A stretch of DNA of 64,000 nt from Chiloscyllium plagiosum (lineage: Eukaryota): the NCBI RefSeq assembly GCF_004010195.1, contig NC_057718.1:7892066-7956065 (forward strand). The letters are read 5' to 3'. This document shows positions 11,022-24,610 of this stretch, piece after piece. A program made the position numbers and the translations under genes. A model generated the notes under the pieces. It was not told the DNA's origin. It searched no databases and saw nothing but the letters and a program-made list of their open reading frames with translations. Numbering within the stretch: position 1 is the first letter of the stretch; each line of letters starts with the position of its first letter.

Positions 11022-11852
11022 GTGAGTACCAGACTCCAGACTACTGCTGAACATTACTCTTGGAAAAACAAGTTTGTTTTAGTGAAGATAGACTCAAGGT
11101 CAAATATTTCTCAATCAGGCCAAAATTCTTTTGAAATTATTGACAGGAAAAGTTTCAACCTTTCAGTTTTGCTTTGGGAAACAAAATAGCTTGTGTGTCA
11201 TAATTGTTGCCTAAAGTCATAAGGAGTTTTGACAGACAAACTGTTTCCATTGGCTGGAGGTGTGGTAACCAGAAGACAGAGATTTAAAATGAGACGGGAC
11301 TTTTATTTGATATGCGTTGCAAATCGTTATAATCTGGTGCACATGGCTGAAAAGGGCAGATTCATGAAAACATTCAGAAGTGAATTGGACATATGTTTGG
11401 AAAAAAGAAATTTCACTTGAAGAAATTCAGAGAATTATACAAGGAACAGCAACAGATCTATATATTAGCGGAGCCAGATCCAACGGTGGATCACTTAGTG
11501 CCAGCTATAGGTTCTCTGCTCCTGCTCCATTGTTGTGTGTACAGGTATGTTCATAGACTTACTTGAAGCCGTAGTTACATTGGAGTGTAAGAGTAGGGAA
11601 GTCTTACGTTGAAGAGTGTGGTGCTAGAAAAGCACAGCCAGTCAGGCAGCATCCGAGAAGCAGGAGAATCGATGTTTCAAGCATAAACTCTTCAACAAGA
11701 AGCCTTACTGCAACTGTACAAGGTGCTGGGGAGATGATATCTGGAATATTGTGAGCAGTTTTGGCGCCCTTATTAAAGGAAAGATTTCATTTCTTTGGAG
11801 GCAGTTCGGAGAAGGTTAACTGGGATGATGCCCAGTGTGGCGGGATTGTCTT

Positions 11853-11980
11853 ATTCACCTGTGAAGGAGCGTCGCTCCGAAAGCTAGTGTGCTTCCAATT
11901 AAACCTGTTGGACTATAACCTGGTGTTGTGTGATTTTTAACTTTGTACACCCCAGTCCAACACCGGCATCTCCGAATCAT
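11853..11980 (+). mobile_element. PLE-derived short element (ggagc/gctcc hammerhead type)
   Basis: cacctg-tgaaggagcgtcgctccgaaagctagtg then aaacctgttggactataacctggtg; related copies at 12925-13110, 25219-25285, 26024-26128. Confidence 0.7.
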
Positions 11981-12008
11981 TCTTTCTGAGGGTTGTGAGT
12001 CTATGGGA

Positions 12009-12282
12009 TGTTACTATATATGAACAGTTAATTAGTAATAGGTACTGTATCTATTATTCTGTTAGGTTTCCCAATTATTAAGATATTCTAAATTCCTCTT
12101 TCTTTTGTTTGTATTTTAACTAACCTGTTTAAATAAATTGTGTTTTGCTTATCATCAAGTAGTTTGACCAGACATATCGCATCTGGAACATAACACTTCA
12201 CATCTACCTTTAACAGAAGCCAAAGTTAGGGTCTGGGCTACCTTGTTCAAATATTTTGAGGGGGTTTGTCTGGTCCCTAACA
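12009..12282 (+). mobile_element. Partial LTR related to the Gmr1-like LTRs
   Basis: Ends ggggtttgtctggtccctaaca, the reverse complement of the LTR end at 861/5920; contains aataaa. Confidence 0.7.
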
Positions 12283-12654
12283 CACAGCAGCAGCACACAC
12301 ACACTTCATCCTCCCAGGTTACTGATCCTTCCAACCCTCTCTGCTTCCCACTCACTCGCTGGGTAATCCTTTTGAGCTTTCCTGCACTTTAATCACCACT
12401 TACTGCTCTTCTATCCATGATCATCACACACGGTCCATCCCTTGGGTCTAATTATAGCAACAAATGACCCACCCCCGTGAACTAATGTCTTGTTCACCAA
12501 GACTGAGCCAGTCTTCTGTCTAAGACTTCACGTGGGCATCCGTGCCCACTTGGTATCATGTTCCAGACTGAAGGGTTGGTGGTAGTAAGGCATCTCAGAT
12601 GGTCCCTGTGGAAACCAACATAAACAACGTAATCACGTCAAGGTAAGGTTCAGA

Positions 12655-12920
12655 TTGTGTGATGTTGATTGAGGAATGAATATCGGTTAAGTCTTTGGGG
12701 ATGTCTCCCTGGATTATTTCTTCAAAGTATTGGCATCCGATGTTTTAGATCCAACCGAGCAGGCTTTCGTTCTCAGTTTGATCCTGAAAGATGTTGCCAA
12801 TAGGAGCCCAGCACGCTTTCAATGCTGCATTGACTCAGAGCTTCCTGATCCAAGTCCTGGCGTGAGACTTAGAACCCAGAACCTCATATCTCAGAGACTG
12901 CTAGCAACTGAGTCACACCT
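12655..12920 (-). mobile_element. DeuSINE (SacSINE1/AmnSINE1-like), old copy
   Basis: Minus strand has a tRNA-like head and a Deu-domain-like core (ctttcaggat..tttgaagaa..atattcattcctcaatcaacatc); related pieces at 13150-13340, 39670-39835, 41498-41780. Confidence 0.6.
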
Positions 12921-12924
12921 GAAG

Positions 12925-13110
12925 AGTCAGAAGTCACACAATGCCAGGTTATTGTTCAAGATGTTTATTTAAAACCACAAACTTTCAGAGCGCTGCTCCT
13001 TCATCAGGTGAAGCACTCCGAAAGCTTGTGATAAACCTGTTGGATTATAATCTGGTGTCGTGTAACTTCTGACCTTGTCCACTCCAGTCCAACATTGGCA
13101 CCTCCACATC
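12925..13110. mobile_element. Palindromic PLE-derived element with antisense hammerhead core
   Basis: Minus strand 12976-13010 cacctgatgaaggagcagcgctctgaaagtttgtg; inverted arms. Confidence 0.7.
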
Positions 13111-13679
13111 ACATCTGAAGAGAGTTACCTTTGGTGCCATGATCAATGTTTACCCCTAATCAAATCACCTTATCTGGTGATACTATGCGTTTCACTGCTC
13201 TTGTGTGGGAGCTTGCTGTGCAGAAAGTGGCTGCCATATTTTGTACGTTACGACTGTAACAGCACCTTGAAAGCAGTTCACAGAATTTATAAAATCCTGG
13301 GGTTGCAAAACCAGCTCCTTAAACGCAAGTTTATTTTTTTATGGAAACTCCAACCCCAAAACTTCATTCAATAAGCATTAAAACTCTTAGCAGAAAAAAC
13401 AAATAAACTGCAGATTAAATCCACATGCACAGAAGTACTTGTTATCTGGCAAATCTTCATGTTTGGAATGATATTGGGCACATTTGCTCACTTCCAATTC
13501 ATATGCCAAGTGGTGAACAGACACAAATAATCATTTTTATTTTACCAGTTAAGAGTCCAGGACTCACAAACCGCTCAAGTTTAAACATTCACAAAGTTGT
13601 GAAAGATCAGTTAGAAATAATTGAACACTTGATAACTCCTGTTAAGTGGGATAATTGAAATCTCACAATTCTGGGCAAT

Positions 13680-14615
13680 AGATCTGGAGTGCAACTAAAG
13701 ACCAACACAATAACAAACTTATAGAACAATGATGACATCATGGTGCGCCTACGATCAGAAGAGGCTCCTCAAAATATCATAGATCAGGGAAAGTGGAAAA
13801 GTTTAGAATATGGATTGGGTGTGAGCAACAAAATGACAAAACAATAATAGTTAGATGAAGCTGGTTGGTGTCACTCTGGAATGAAGAGATACATTCATCT
13901 GTTTAAGCCAAATACTGTAATAACAGAAGGTGCAAGATGTTTTGAGGAGGCTTGAAGAAAGATCGAGATAGACAAGAATTATTTGGTGAGGCTGAAGGAT
14001 ATTTTGTAAGAAAACTCAAGCTCATAACAAGGGAAATGGGGAGACGATGACCGAGTGGTATCACTGCTAGACCATTAGTCAGAAGACGCAGGTAATATTC
14101 AGGGGAACCAGGTTCGAATCCCATCATGGCAGATGGTGAAAATTGAATTCAATTTGGAATTAAAAGTCTAATGATGACCATGAATCCATTGTTGGTTGTC
14201 AGGTAAGCCTATCTGGTTCACTAATGTCCTTTAAGGATGGAAACTGCCATCCTTAACCTGCTCTATCCTACGTGTGACTCCAGACCCACAGCAATGTAGT
14301 TGACTATTAACTGCCCTCTAGGCAATTAGGGATGGGTAACAAACATTGGCCTAGCCAGTGATGCCCACATCCTGTGAATAAATAAAAAAAAGACTCATAA
14401 CAATATACGTTCTATCCAGTTTCGCATATGCTACAGAACCCGAGGCAATAAATAAATACTTGTGGAAGAACAGAAGCATTTGATATACAGATGCTAAGAT
14501 AACTGCCAAAAAAAATTCCATAAACTGGCTGTAAGATAAACAATGAAGTGCTGGAAATCGCAAGAGTGGAAAGAACTCTACAAAGTGACATTCAAAAAAG
14601 AAAATATCAGTCTTG
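13680..14615 (+). mobile_element. Old RTE-clade LINE RT fragment, interrupted by a SINE
   Basis: Decayed GV...ITNL..DD...SEEA.QNIIDQ..SLEYGL; after the SINE, YA.E and NEVLEIARVERTL..IQKRK. Confidence 0.6.
14038..14392 (+). mobile_element. tRNA-derived SINE, family 2 (CR1/L2-like tail)
   Basis: B box ggttcgaatccc, core ctggttcactaatgtcctttaagg..gtgactccagacccacagcaatg, tail ggcaattagggatggg..cccacatcc and A-run. Confidence 0.85.
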
Positions 14616-14624
14616 AGGCAGTTT

Positions 14625-14912
14625 GATTAGACAGTATGGAAACAGGCCCTTCAGCCCAACAAATCCACACCAACCCTCTGAAGAGTAACGCACCCAGACA
14701 CATTCACCCCTGACTAATGCACCGAACACTGTGGGCAATTTAGCATAGCCAATTCACCTGACCTTGCACATCTTTGGATTGTGGGAGGAAACTCACACAG
14801 TCACAAAGAGAATGTGCAAACTCCACACAGACAGTTGCCCAAGGCTGGGATCGAGCCCACGTCCCTGGGGCTATGAGGCAGCAGTGCTAACCACTGAGCC
14901 AGAATGCTGCCC
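14625..14912 (-). mobile_element. HE1-type SINE
   Basis: Reverse complement of the 8244 family. Confidence 0.85.
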
Positions 14913-16767
14913 TAAGAGTGTGCTCAGAGATAAAGAGCTACAGAGAGCTCTACGCGAGGATCGTAGAGACAGGATTAATCATTGCAGGGATGAAAGATTT
15001 CAGACAGTGGAGCTACAGTAGATACACAATGATGGCACAAGATAGACAAACATGACAGAGCATGATGGGGGAGCTCCAGGCAGGAATAGCTAAGAGAACC
15101 AGCTGTATGAAATAAAATGCAATCCAGTGAGGATTTCAGACGTTTTGCTTCATTTGACTCTTCAATGGGAAAACAAAAAAGGAGATTTGATAGAGACATG
15201 CAAGATCTTGACAGATTAGATAAAGTGGTGAAGCAATGCTAGATAAAATCTGAAAGAACTATGAATGTCATAAATCAGAAACAAAACCAGAAGTTGCTGG
15301 AAAAGCTCAACAGATCTGTGCAGAGAAATCAGAGGTAATATTTTGGGTCCATTGACCTTGCCACAGTTCAAAGGAAAGGTTACCAGACCCAAAATGTTAA
15401 CTAATGAAACAATGCTGTCCCCTTTAGCTGCTGGTACAAAGACCGGGGAGCACGGGAGATACGTTTTTGGGGTCTGAGTAAAAGAAGAAATATGAGGAAG
15501 AACTTATTTTTGCAGCAAGCAATGACAACCTGTGGCACATTGTCTTTGGCGGAGAGAATCAATCATTTCGCAAAGAATTTGGAAATCCCTAGAAGATAAT
15601 AAACAAACAGAGCCATGGGAGGAGAAAGGGAGAATGGGAATGAATAGATTACTTTACAGAGAGCTTGCGTAGACTCAATGGGCTGAATGGCCATCTTCCA
15701 GATTGCAATGACTGTTTGGCTAATCTTCTCAAGGTCTTTGAGCCCTTGACATCAGAACCACATGAGTTGGTGTTCCTTACAAACTGGTTGAGGAGAAGGC
15801 AAGGTCAAGCACTACCTTCAAGCTCAGATGTCAAAGAAACATTATTTGTTATGCATTAATATTAAATATCGTGATACATGGCAATTATAGATCTAATTTG
15901 CTCTGACTTAGTTATATGAGATAAAGACTAATCTATCTTCTTTCTGTGTTCATGTCGGTTTGCTCACGTGAATCTACTGGAGGATATCGTACTCAGGTTT
16001 AGTTTGGTCTAGTGTTTTGCATCTCTGTCCTCCCTGTGCTATTTTTGCCCAGTGATGTTCAGTTCCATGACATCATCCCAAGATCACTCCAGGGTCTTGA
16101 AGCTCTTCCATGCCAGAACTGGCAGAGGGAGATTCCTGGTGGCAGCCTTTTAATTGGCTACGTCAATGGTAGGGTGAGAGATGTACAGGAAGCCTCAGCA
16201 GCTCAACTGGGAGAGATAGACTGTGCTCAGGCAGGTCAGAGACTAAAATGGAGCAAGAGTCAAATACAAATTAAGAAGGGCTAAGCAGGTCAGCCTATCC
16301 AGTTGGAGGTGGGGCATTGGGAATGTAGATGAGGATTTTCCTGACTGCAATCCCTTTATCTGCACCAAAGAGCCCCTGGCTCCTATATGGTTCAAGACAG
16401 AGCATTTCCATGAGCTTGGTGCCAGGGGCACGGTCTATTGCTGGACCAATGCCAGACTATCCAAATCACCCCAAAGGGGAACTTCTAAATATGGTCATTG
16501 GATACCCACCTTTGCACAATGGGTGGACAAGCTGGTTCTTAACCCCTTCTGGTAAACAACTCAGATGCCCGGGACTGTATCTGGAAGGTGTTCCTCTTTG
16601 GCCCCCAGATTTTGTTCAGCCCTGTCCCTTCCTTGCATCCTCAACCCCAGCCATTCTGGGAAAATTTTGCCCTATGACTCTAGGGGGAGCTGGACAGTGT
16701 CAAAAACCCAATGAGACAGAGGCCAATTATAAACCAGCAGGGCTAAAAACTAAACACACCAATGGAG

Positions 16768-17280
16768 ATGGGGAGAAAATGGCCTAGTGGCATTATTGAT
16801 CCAGATAATCTTCTAGATTAGAGTGGTGCTGGAAAAGCACAGCAGTTCAGGCAAGAACTGATAAAGGGCTTTTGCCCGAAACATCGATTTTCCTGCTCCT
16901 TGGATGCTGCCTGAACTGCTGTGCTTTTCCAGCACCACTCTAATCTAGAATCTGATTTCTAGCATCTGCAGTCCTTGTTTTTACCCAGATAGTCCTCTGG
17001 GGACCTGGGTTCAAATCCTGCCACAGCAGATGGTGGAATTTGAATTCAATAGCTATCTGGAATTAAGAATCTAATGATAACCATGAATCCATTGTTAATT
17101 ATTGGAAAATCCTATCTGGTTCTTTAGGGAAGGAAATTGCCATCCTTACCTGGTCTGGCCTATATGTGACTCCAGACCCACAGCAATGTGGCTGACTTAC
17201 AACTGTCCTCTGGGCAATTAGGGATGGGCATTAAATGGTGACCTAGCCAGTGATTCCCTCACCCAATGAATAGATCAAAA
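16768..17280 (+). mobile_element. SINE family 2 interrupted by a palindromic PLE-derived insert (about 16811-16985)
   Basis: Imperfect duplication ccagataatcttct / ccagatagtcctct flanks the insert, which has ctgataaagggcttttgcccgaaacatc. Confidence 0.8.
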
Positions 17281-17445
17281 GAAACAGAAATTACTGGAGA
17301 AACTGTGTAGGTCTGGCAGCATCTGTGGAGCGAGAAAGCAGAGTTAACATGTTGGGTCCAGTGACCCTTCTTCAGGGCTGCTGAGTTTCTCCAGCAATTT
17401 CTGTTTTAGTGTGTTTCTGATCTACAGCATCTGCTGGTCTTTTCT
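17280..17445. mobile_element. Older palindromic PLE-derived family (acagaaattgctggagaaactcagc type)
   Basis: Minus strand ctgaagaagggtcactggaccc (decayed hammerhead); relatives at 15245-15405, 18060-18170, 19765-19937, 31380-31490, 37150-37805, 39525-39610, 52880-53030. Confidence 0.65.
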
Positions 17446-18204
17446 TTTCAGGTTAACTATGACAAGTGCATCAAAAATATTGTGAAATGGCATGACAAAT
17501 TCCGAGTGAATCTGAGTGCATTGCCTTCAATATAAATAAAAAGTCAGAGAGATATAAATCGACTGTGATTCATGATTATCCATTTTATGATATTACACAA
17601 ACTTAACTTCTTCTCCAGTTACACACCACATCTGAATTTTTGTGGTCATGAATGACTCAATGTTTATCATTCTTATAATTCAATAATACTCCTCTCACTG
17701 CACCTTCTCAAACCGGAGTATCTCCAACCAGAAAGATTAAAGCTACAGATGTATGGGAACACCATCACCACCAGAATCTCTTCCAAAAATCTCACTACCC
17801 TGACCTGGAACTATATCATTGTTCCTTCGGTGTCTCTGGGACAACATCCTGGATCTCCCTCCCTCCCAGCTCCCTACCACCCCAGGAACAGTTTTCCTGG
17901 TGAATGGTGAATCCAGAAGGCGTTTCACCATTACATTCTCCAGGACAATTAGGGATGAACAGTAAACGCAGGCCTCATCTTACAAAACGATAAGTTAAGG
18001 CATCTGCTCACTTCCTTGTGAACTTTCGAATGGTTGCGAAGGCCTTGGAGAAGGGATGGAAGAGATGTTTTGAGTTCTGAAGAAGAGTCACTGGGTCTGC
18101 TTTCTAACAGATGCTGAATTTCTCCAGCAATTTCTGTTTTGATGTCAGATCTTCAGCACCTGACAAAAGGTTTTAGTTCTTGTTGAGAGCCTGAGAAAGG
18201 CTGG

Positions 18205-18835
18205 GTTGTCTCTGTGAAGCTCACAGGTAGGGTGGTTAGGAAGGCGTTTAGCATGCTTTCCATTATTGCTCATACCTTTGAATATAGGAGTTGGGACGTC
18301 ATGTTGCAGTTGTACAGGACATTGGTGAGACCTCTTTTGGAGTACTGTGTCCAGTTCTGGTCGCCCTGTTATAGAAAATATATCATTAAACTGGAGAGGG
18401 CTCAGAAAAGATTTACCAGGATGATGCCTAAAATGGGGGCTTTGAGTTATAACGAGAGGCTGGAAAAGCTGAGACTGCTTAGTCTGGAGCATAGGGGTGA
18501 CAAAGGTTTAAAAAATCACGACGATCATAGATAAGGTGAATAGCAAGGGTAGGGGAGTTCAAAACTAGGGGACATATTCCCTAGCGAGAGGAGGAAGTTT
18601 TAAACAGGACATGACAGAGAATTTGTTTTACACAGAGAGTGGTTCGTGTGTGGAATAAAATGCCAGAGGAAGTGGTGAGTGCAGGTACACTTACAATGTT
18701 TGGATAAGCACATGAATAGGAAAGGTTTGGAGGGATATGGGCCGGTTGGGACTAGTTTAGCTTGGGATTATGATTGGCATGGACTGGTCGAACTGAAGGG
18801 TCTGTTTCTGTGCTGTATGACTCTGTGACTCTTTG
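18205..18835 (+). mobile_element. CR1 3' fragment
   Basis: LYRTLVRPLLEYCVQFWSPCYRK; CR1 3' UTR. Confidence 0.9.
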
Positions 18836-19054
18836 ACTTTAAGAAGGAAGCTCACGGGGAGTCTCAGTGGAAGTTTTCAAAATTGTAGGGTGTTTTTGCC
18901 AGAATAGTTTGGGAGAATCTGTTTATTCTGGCAGGTCCTTCTTACCAGAGGATGCCCGAGTGGGAGGTGATAAGTAATTTTACACAGCAGGCTGTAGTGG
19001 TCAGGAATTTACTGTGTGTTAGGATGCTGGCCCAAATCCAATAGTAATTTTCAC

Positions 19055-19425
19055 AGAACATAGTGCATAGAACATGGAACATAGAGCATTGAGAATAGAG
19101 CATAGAACACAGAACATAGAAAATAGAGCATAGAACATAGAACATAGAACATAGAGCATGGAACATAGAACATAGAGCAGAGAACAGTACAGGCCCTTCG
19201 GCCCATGATGCCAATTTATCTTAATCGGAGATAAACCTTACCTACACACCCCTCAATTTACTGCCGTCCATGTGGTTGTCCAGCAGTTGCTTAAATGTCC
19301 CTAATGTCTCCGACTCTCATACAACCGCTGGCAGTTCATTCCATGCACCCACCACTCTCTGAGTAATGAACATACCTCTCACATCTCCCCTAAACCTTCA
19401 TTCAATCACCTTAAAATTATGGCCC
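19055..19425 (-). mobile_element. CR1 3' end with expanded (catagaa)n tail
   Basis: 7-bp repeat at 19056-19185 abuts the CR1 3' UTR acaggcccttcggccc. Confidence 0.85.
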
Positions 19426-20354
19426 AAATGGTTGAAAATTCCAACAGAAACGTTTGGAGGGTTGTAGGTGAAAAGAACAGGAGATGGTAGGATTAATTGG
19501 GCAGCTCTTTCAAAGGGGTGATACAGACAGACACGAGGGGCCAAATGGACTCCTATTGCATGATCGGCCATGATCGTATGAATGGGGGTGCAGGTTCGAA
19601 GGGCCGACTGACCTCCTCCTGCTCCTACTTTCTATGTTTCAATCTTTCTTCTGCGGTGTGTGAATACATAGCATGTATAGAAGGGGCACACACACTGTGA
19701 CATTCAATGGATCATCCAAAAGTAAGAATTTTTGCAGTGCCCGAATTAGATTTGCTAAAAGGCAAAATACTGCAGAGGCAGGAATTCTGAGGTAAACACA
19801 AAAAGTGCTGGGAGAAATTTATCAGGTCTGGCATCACCTGTGGAGAGAGAGTTAATATTTCCGGTATGAAGACAAACTGTTCTAACGAAGAGTCAGATAA
19901 GACGTGTGCCATTAACTCTGTTTCTCTCTCCACAGCTTAGATTTTCTCCACATCATCCCCCATATCCCAAACACTGCACTCTGTTTTCCCCGACTGCCCA
20001 CTAGTCAGAGCACCTCTTGGGAGGGCAGAGGTCTTCAGCTGGGTGGGTGGAGCCTGAAATGGCTTGGGCATCCCAATGTGGGCCTGAGACAGATTGCCCA
20101 ATGAAAACTCATTGACGTAGAAATCAGGACCCATTAACATTTTGACTTCTCGTGCTGGGGAGAAAGACTAGTGACGGCACGATTCACTCTTTCTGCTCAT
20201 CACATTTGAGGATTAGAATGTCATCCAATACCTGAAATATGGATGTAACAATATGAGTTAATGATTTATTATTTAAACTTGCATTTTACAGGGTTTAACG
20301 CAGTGAAAAGCTTCAACTGTTATCACCGTCTGGACACTGTTTTAAACAGTTTGT

Positions 20355-21512
20355 AAATTAAATAAGTAAAAGTTGGAAGCAGTAACAGGAATGCAAAGTA
20401 CTGGGCTGATGGTAAGATTCTTAGTAGTGTAGATAGTGTAGTGTAGTGGGCGGCACGGTGGCACAGTGGTTAGCACTGCTGCCTCACAGCGCCAGAGACC
20501 CGGGTTCAATTCCCGCCTCAGGCGACTGACTGTGTGGAGTTTGCACACTTTTAGAAACTCAATCCCTCTGCCAAAAAAGGTACTTACCATATGTCTTAAC
20601 AATCCTATCAACCTGGGTGACAACTTTCAAGGATCCATGTACCTGGACACTGAGATCCCTTTGCTTATTAGATGAGATTACTTTACAGTGTGGAAACAGG
20701 CCCTTCGGCCCAACAAGTCCACACNNNNNNNNNNNNNNNNNNNNNNNNNNNNNNNNNNNNCCGTGTCTGCGTAGGTTTCCTCCGGGTGCTCCGGTTTCCT
20801 CCCACAGTCCAAAGATGTGCAGGTCAGGTGAATTGGCCATGCTAAATTGTCCATAGTGTTCGGTAAGGGATAAATGTAGGGGTATGGGTGGTTTGCGCTT
20901 CGGCGGGTTGGTGTGGACTTGTTGGGCCGAAGGGCCTGTTTCCACACTGTAAAGTAATCTCATCTAATAAGCAAAGGGATCTCAGTGTCCAGGTACATGG
21001 ATCCTTGAAAGTTGTCACCCAGGTTGATAGGATTGTTAAGACATACGGTAAGTACCTTTTTTGGCAGAGGGATTGAGTTTCGGAGCCATGAGGCCATGCT
21101 GCAGCTGTACAAAACTCTGGTGTGACCGCACTTGGAGTATTGTGTACAGTTCTGGTCACCACATTATAGGGATGATGAGGAAGCTTTGGAAAGGGTTCAG
21201 AGGAGACTTACCGGGGTATTGCCTGGATATAGAGGGAATTGAGGCTGTTTTCTTTAGAGAGAAGAAGGTTGAGAGGTGACTTAATTGAGACATATAAGAT
21301 AATCAGAGGGTTAGGTAGGGTGGACAGTAAGAGCCTTTTTCCTCGGACGGTGATGGATAGCAAAAGGAGACACGGCTTTAAATTGAGTGGTGATAGATAT
21401 AGGACAGATGTCAGAGGTAGTTTCTTTACTCACAGTAGTAGGGGCATGGAATGTACTGCCTGCAACAGTAGTAGACTCGCCAACTTTAAGGGCATTTAAA
21501 TCGTCATTGGAG
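20355..21512 (+). mobile_element. CR1 3' fragment with nested HE1 SINE (20448-20968)
   Basis: CR1 frame resumes after the SINE: QRDLSVQVHGSLKV, RLFSLERRRLRGDLIETYKIIRG. Confidence 0.85.
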
Positions 21513-21519
21513 AGGCCTA

Positions 21520-23790
21520 CAAAGAACAAAGAACAAAGAAAATTTACAGCCCAGGAACAGGCCCTTCGGCCCTCCAAGTCTGAGCCGATCCAAATCTACT
21601 GTCTAAACCTGTCACCCAATTCCTAAGCATCTGTATCCCTCTGCTCCCCACCTACTCATGCATCTGTCCAGATGCATCTTAAATGAATCCACTATGCCTG
21701 CCTCTACCACCTCTGCTGGTAACATGTTCCAGACACCCACCATCCTCTGTGTGAAGTATTTGCCGCATGTATCCCCCTTAAACTTTCCACCTCTCACCTT
21801 GAAAACATAATCTCTCGTTATTGAATCCTTCACCCTGGGAAAAAGCTTGTCTTTATCCACCCTGCCTATACCCTTCATGATTTAGTAAACCTCATGATTT
21901 AGTAAACCTCAATCTCCTTTTTTCTAATGAAAACAAACCTAACCTACTCAACCTCTCTTCATAGCTAGCACCTTCCAAACCAGGCAACATCCTCATAAAC
22001 CTTCTCTGCACCCTCTCCAAAGCGTCCACATCCTTTTGGTAACGTGGTGCCCAGAACTGTACACAGTATTCTAAATGCGGCCGAACCAATGTCTTGTATA
22101 ATTTTAACATGTCTTGCCAGCTCTTATACTCAATAACCCATCCAATAAAGGCAAGCTTACTATATGCCTTTTTGACCACTCTATCCACCTGTGCAGCAAT
22201 CTTCAGGGTACAATAGACTTGCACTCCCAGATCTCTTGCCCATCAACTTTTCCTAAGGCTCTTCCATTCATTGTATAATTCGCTCTAGAATTAGTCTTGT
22301 CTAAATGCATCACCTCACATTTGTCTGGATTGAACTCCATCTGCCACTTTTCCGCCCAACTCTCCAGTCTATCTATATTCTCCTGTATTCTTTGACAGTC
22401 CCTTATGCTTTCTGCTACTCCACAAATCTTTGTGTCATCTGCAAACTTGCTGATCAGACCAACAGTGCCCTCTTCCAGATCATTTATGTATATTACAAAC
22501 AACAGTGTCCCCAACACTGACCCCTGTGGAACACCACTGGTCACCTTTCTCCATTTCGAGAAAGTCCCTTCAAATACTACTTTCTGTCTCCTGTTGCTCA
22601 ACCAGTTCTTTATCCACCTAGCTAGAACACCCTGCACACCATGCGACTTCACTTTCTCCATTAGTCTACAATGGGGAAGCTTATCAAGCACCTTTCTAAA
22701 GTCCATGTATATGACATCAGCAGTCCTTCATTCATCTATCAACTTGGTCACTTCTTCAAAGAACTCTATTAAGTTGGTAAGGCATGATCTCCCCCCGCAC
22801 AAAACCATGCTACCTATCACATTCTTTTCTAAATATAAATAGATCCTGTCCATCAGTACCTTCTCCAGGAACTTTCCCACCACCGATGTCAGGTTCACTG
22901 GTCTGTAGTTATCCAGAATATCCCTACTAGCCTTCTTGTACAGGGGGACAACAAGAGCACCAAAAAAGAAAATGCTGGAAAATCTTAGCAGGTCTGGCAC
23001 CATCTGTTTTGTCACTGAGGAAGGAAGTATGGCTGTGGAAGTGACATGAGCAACCTTCCAGTCCTCTGGCACCTCACGTGTATTTAAGGATGCGTCAAAG
23101 ATATCTGTCAGGACCCCAGCTATTTCCTCTCTCACCTCCCTCAGCAACCTGGGATAGATCCCACCTGGCCCTGTGGTTTTGTCCACCTTAATAATCTTTA
23201 GCCTACTCAACACATCTTCCCTTCCTCTGCCGATGTGATCCAGACTAATCAAACTTCTATCTCTAATTTCAAGATTCATCATGTTCCTCTCTTCAGTGAA
23301 CACTGATGTAAAGTAATCATTCAGAATCTCACCCATTCTCTCAGGTTCGGCACACAGCCAACCTTCATTATCCTTTAGTGGACCAATCCGTTCTCTAGTT
23401 ACCCGCTTACTTCTTATATAAGAACAAAATGCTTTGGGATTCTCCTTAATTCTGCTCGCTAAAGCTATGTCATGACCCATTTAGCCCGCTTGATTCCTTG
23501 TTTAAGACTTGTCCTATTCTTCTGATTTCCCCCAGGGCCCGTTCTGTTCTTGGCTGCCTAGACCTTATGTACACTTCCCTTTTCCTCTTGGCTAGTCCTA
23601 CGATTTCTCCTGTCATCCACGGTGCACGAATCTTGCCCTTCCTATCCTTTGCCTTCAACAAGACATGCCTATCCTGCACTATCTTTAACCTATCTTTGAA
23701 AGCCTCCCACATCTCAAATGTGGACTTCCCTTCAAATAGCTGTGACCAATCCACATTTCCGAACTCCTGCCTAATTTTGATATAATTGGC
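21520..23790 (-). mobile_element. CR1 LINE, about 2.3 kb 3' part with RT domain
   Basis: [41 protein letters not shown]; frameshifted; short PLE-like insert near 22961-23043. Confidence 0.95.
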
Positions 23791-24109
23791 ATATAAGTGA
23801 AAATGGAATATAGTATGTTATATGGACTTCAGATTAGTTTCACAGGTCTGCACAATATCGTGGGCCAAAGGGCATGTACTGCGCTGTAACATCCTATGTT
23901 CAAAAATGACATGACTGAAAGACAGTCCTTCCTGCCATCGCTGCCATCTGTGCTGGACCCACTGCCACCATGTTTTAGGCGTCATTTCTTTGCCACCTCA
24001 CTGATGCTACCGTCGAATCCTGTGCTGAACCCACACTTGCCCCTCCCTCTGGTGATACCAGCAGTTCTTGCTTCTGGGCATTCCTCATGCTGCCACTGCA
24101 TCTGCCAAC

Positions 24110-24610
24110 TCCCCAGGATTCCCCGCTCTGGGTTTACTGTAACCAGGATACCCCCGCCTGGGCCTACTGTAACCAGGAGTCCCCACTCTGGGCCTACTGT
24201 AACCAGGAGTCCTGCTCTGGGCGTACTGCAACCAGGGGTCGCCGCTCTGGGCGTACTGCAACCAGGAGACCTCACTCTGGGCATACTGCAACCAGGAGAC
24301 CCCACTCTGGGCCTACTGCAACCAGGAGTCCCCACTCGGTGTACTGCAACCAGGAGACCCCACTCTGGGTGTACTGTAACCAGGAGTCCCTGCTCTGGGT
24401 GTATTGCAACCAGGAGACCCCACTCTGGGCCTACTGCAACCAGGAGGCCCCGCTCTGAGCGTACTGCAACCAGGAGTCCCCGCTCTGGGCGTACTGTAAC
24501 CAGGAATCCCCATCTGGGTCCTACTGCAACCAGGAGTCCCCCACTCTGGGCCTACTGCAACCAGGAGTCCCCGCTCTGGGTGTAATGCAACCAGGAGACC
24601 CTGCTCTGGT
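24110..24610. repeat. 29-30-bp minisatellite (ctctgggcctactgcaaccaggagtcccca)n, about 17 units
   Basis: Direct periodicity. Confidence 0.95.

Noticed and set aside
16329..16787. 152-aa Pro-rich ORF as a gene
   Set aside because: No recognisable domain or splice context; it ends inside a SINE head
20550..21081. ~175-bp inverted duplication across the N gap
   Set aside because: The SINE reads almost continuously from 20549 to 20761 once the inverted piece and Ns are removed; most likely a gap-edge assembly artefact
21520..23790. Active LINE ORF2
   Set aside because: 5'-truncated, frameshifted and interrupted; no intact autonomous element in the window
23896..24585. 229-aa ORF and overlapping ORFs
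   Set aside because: Products of the 29-30-bp minisatellite; the frame shifts between units
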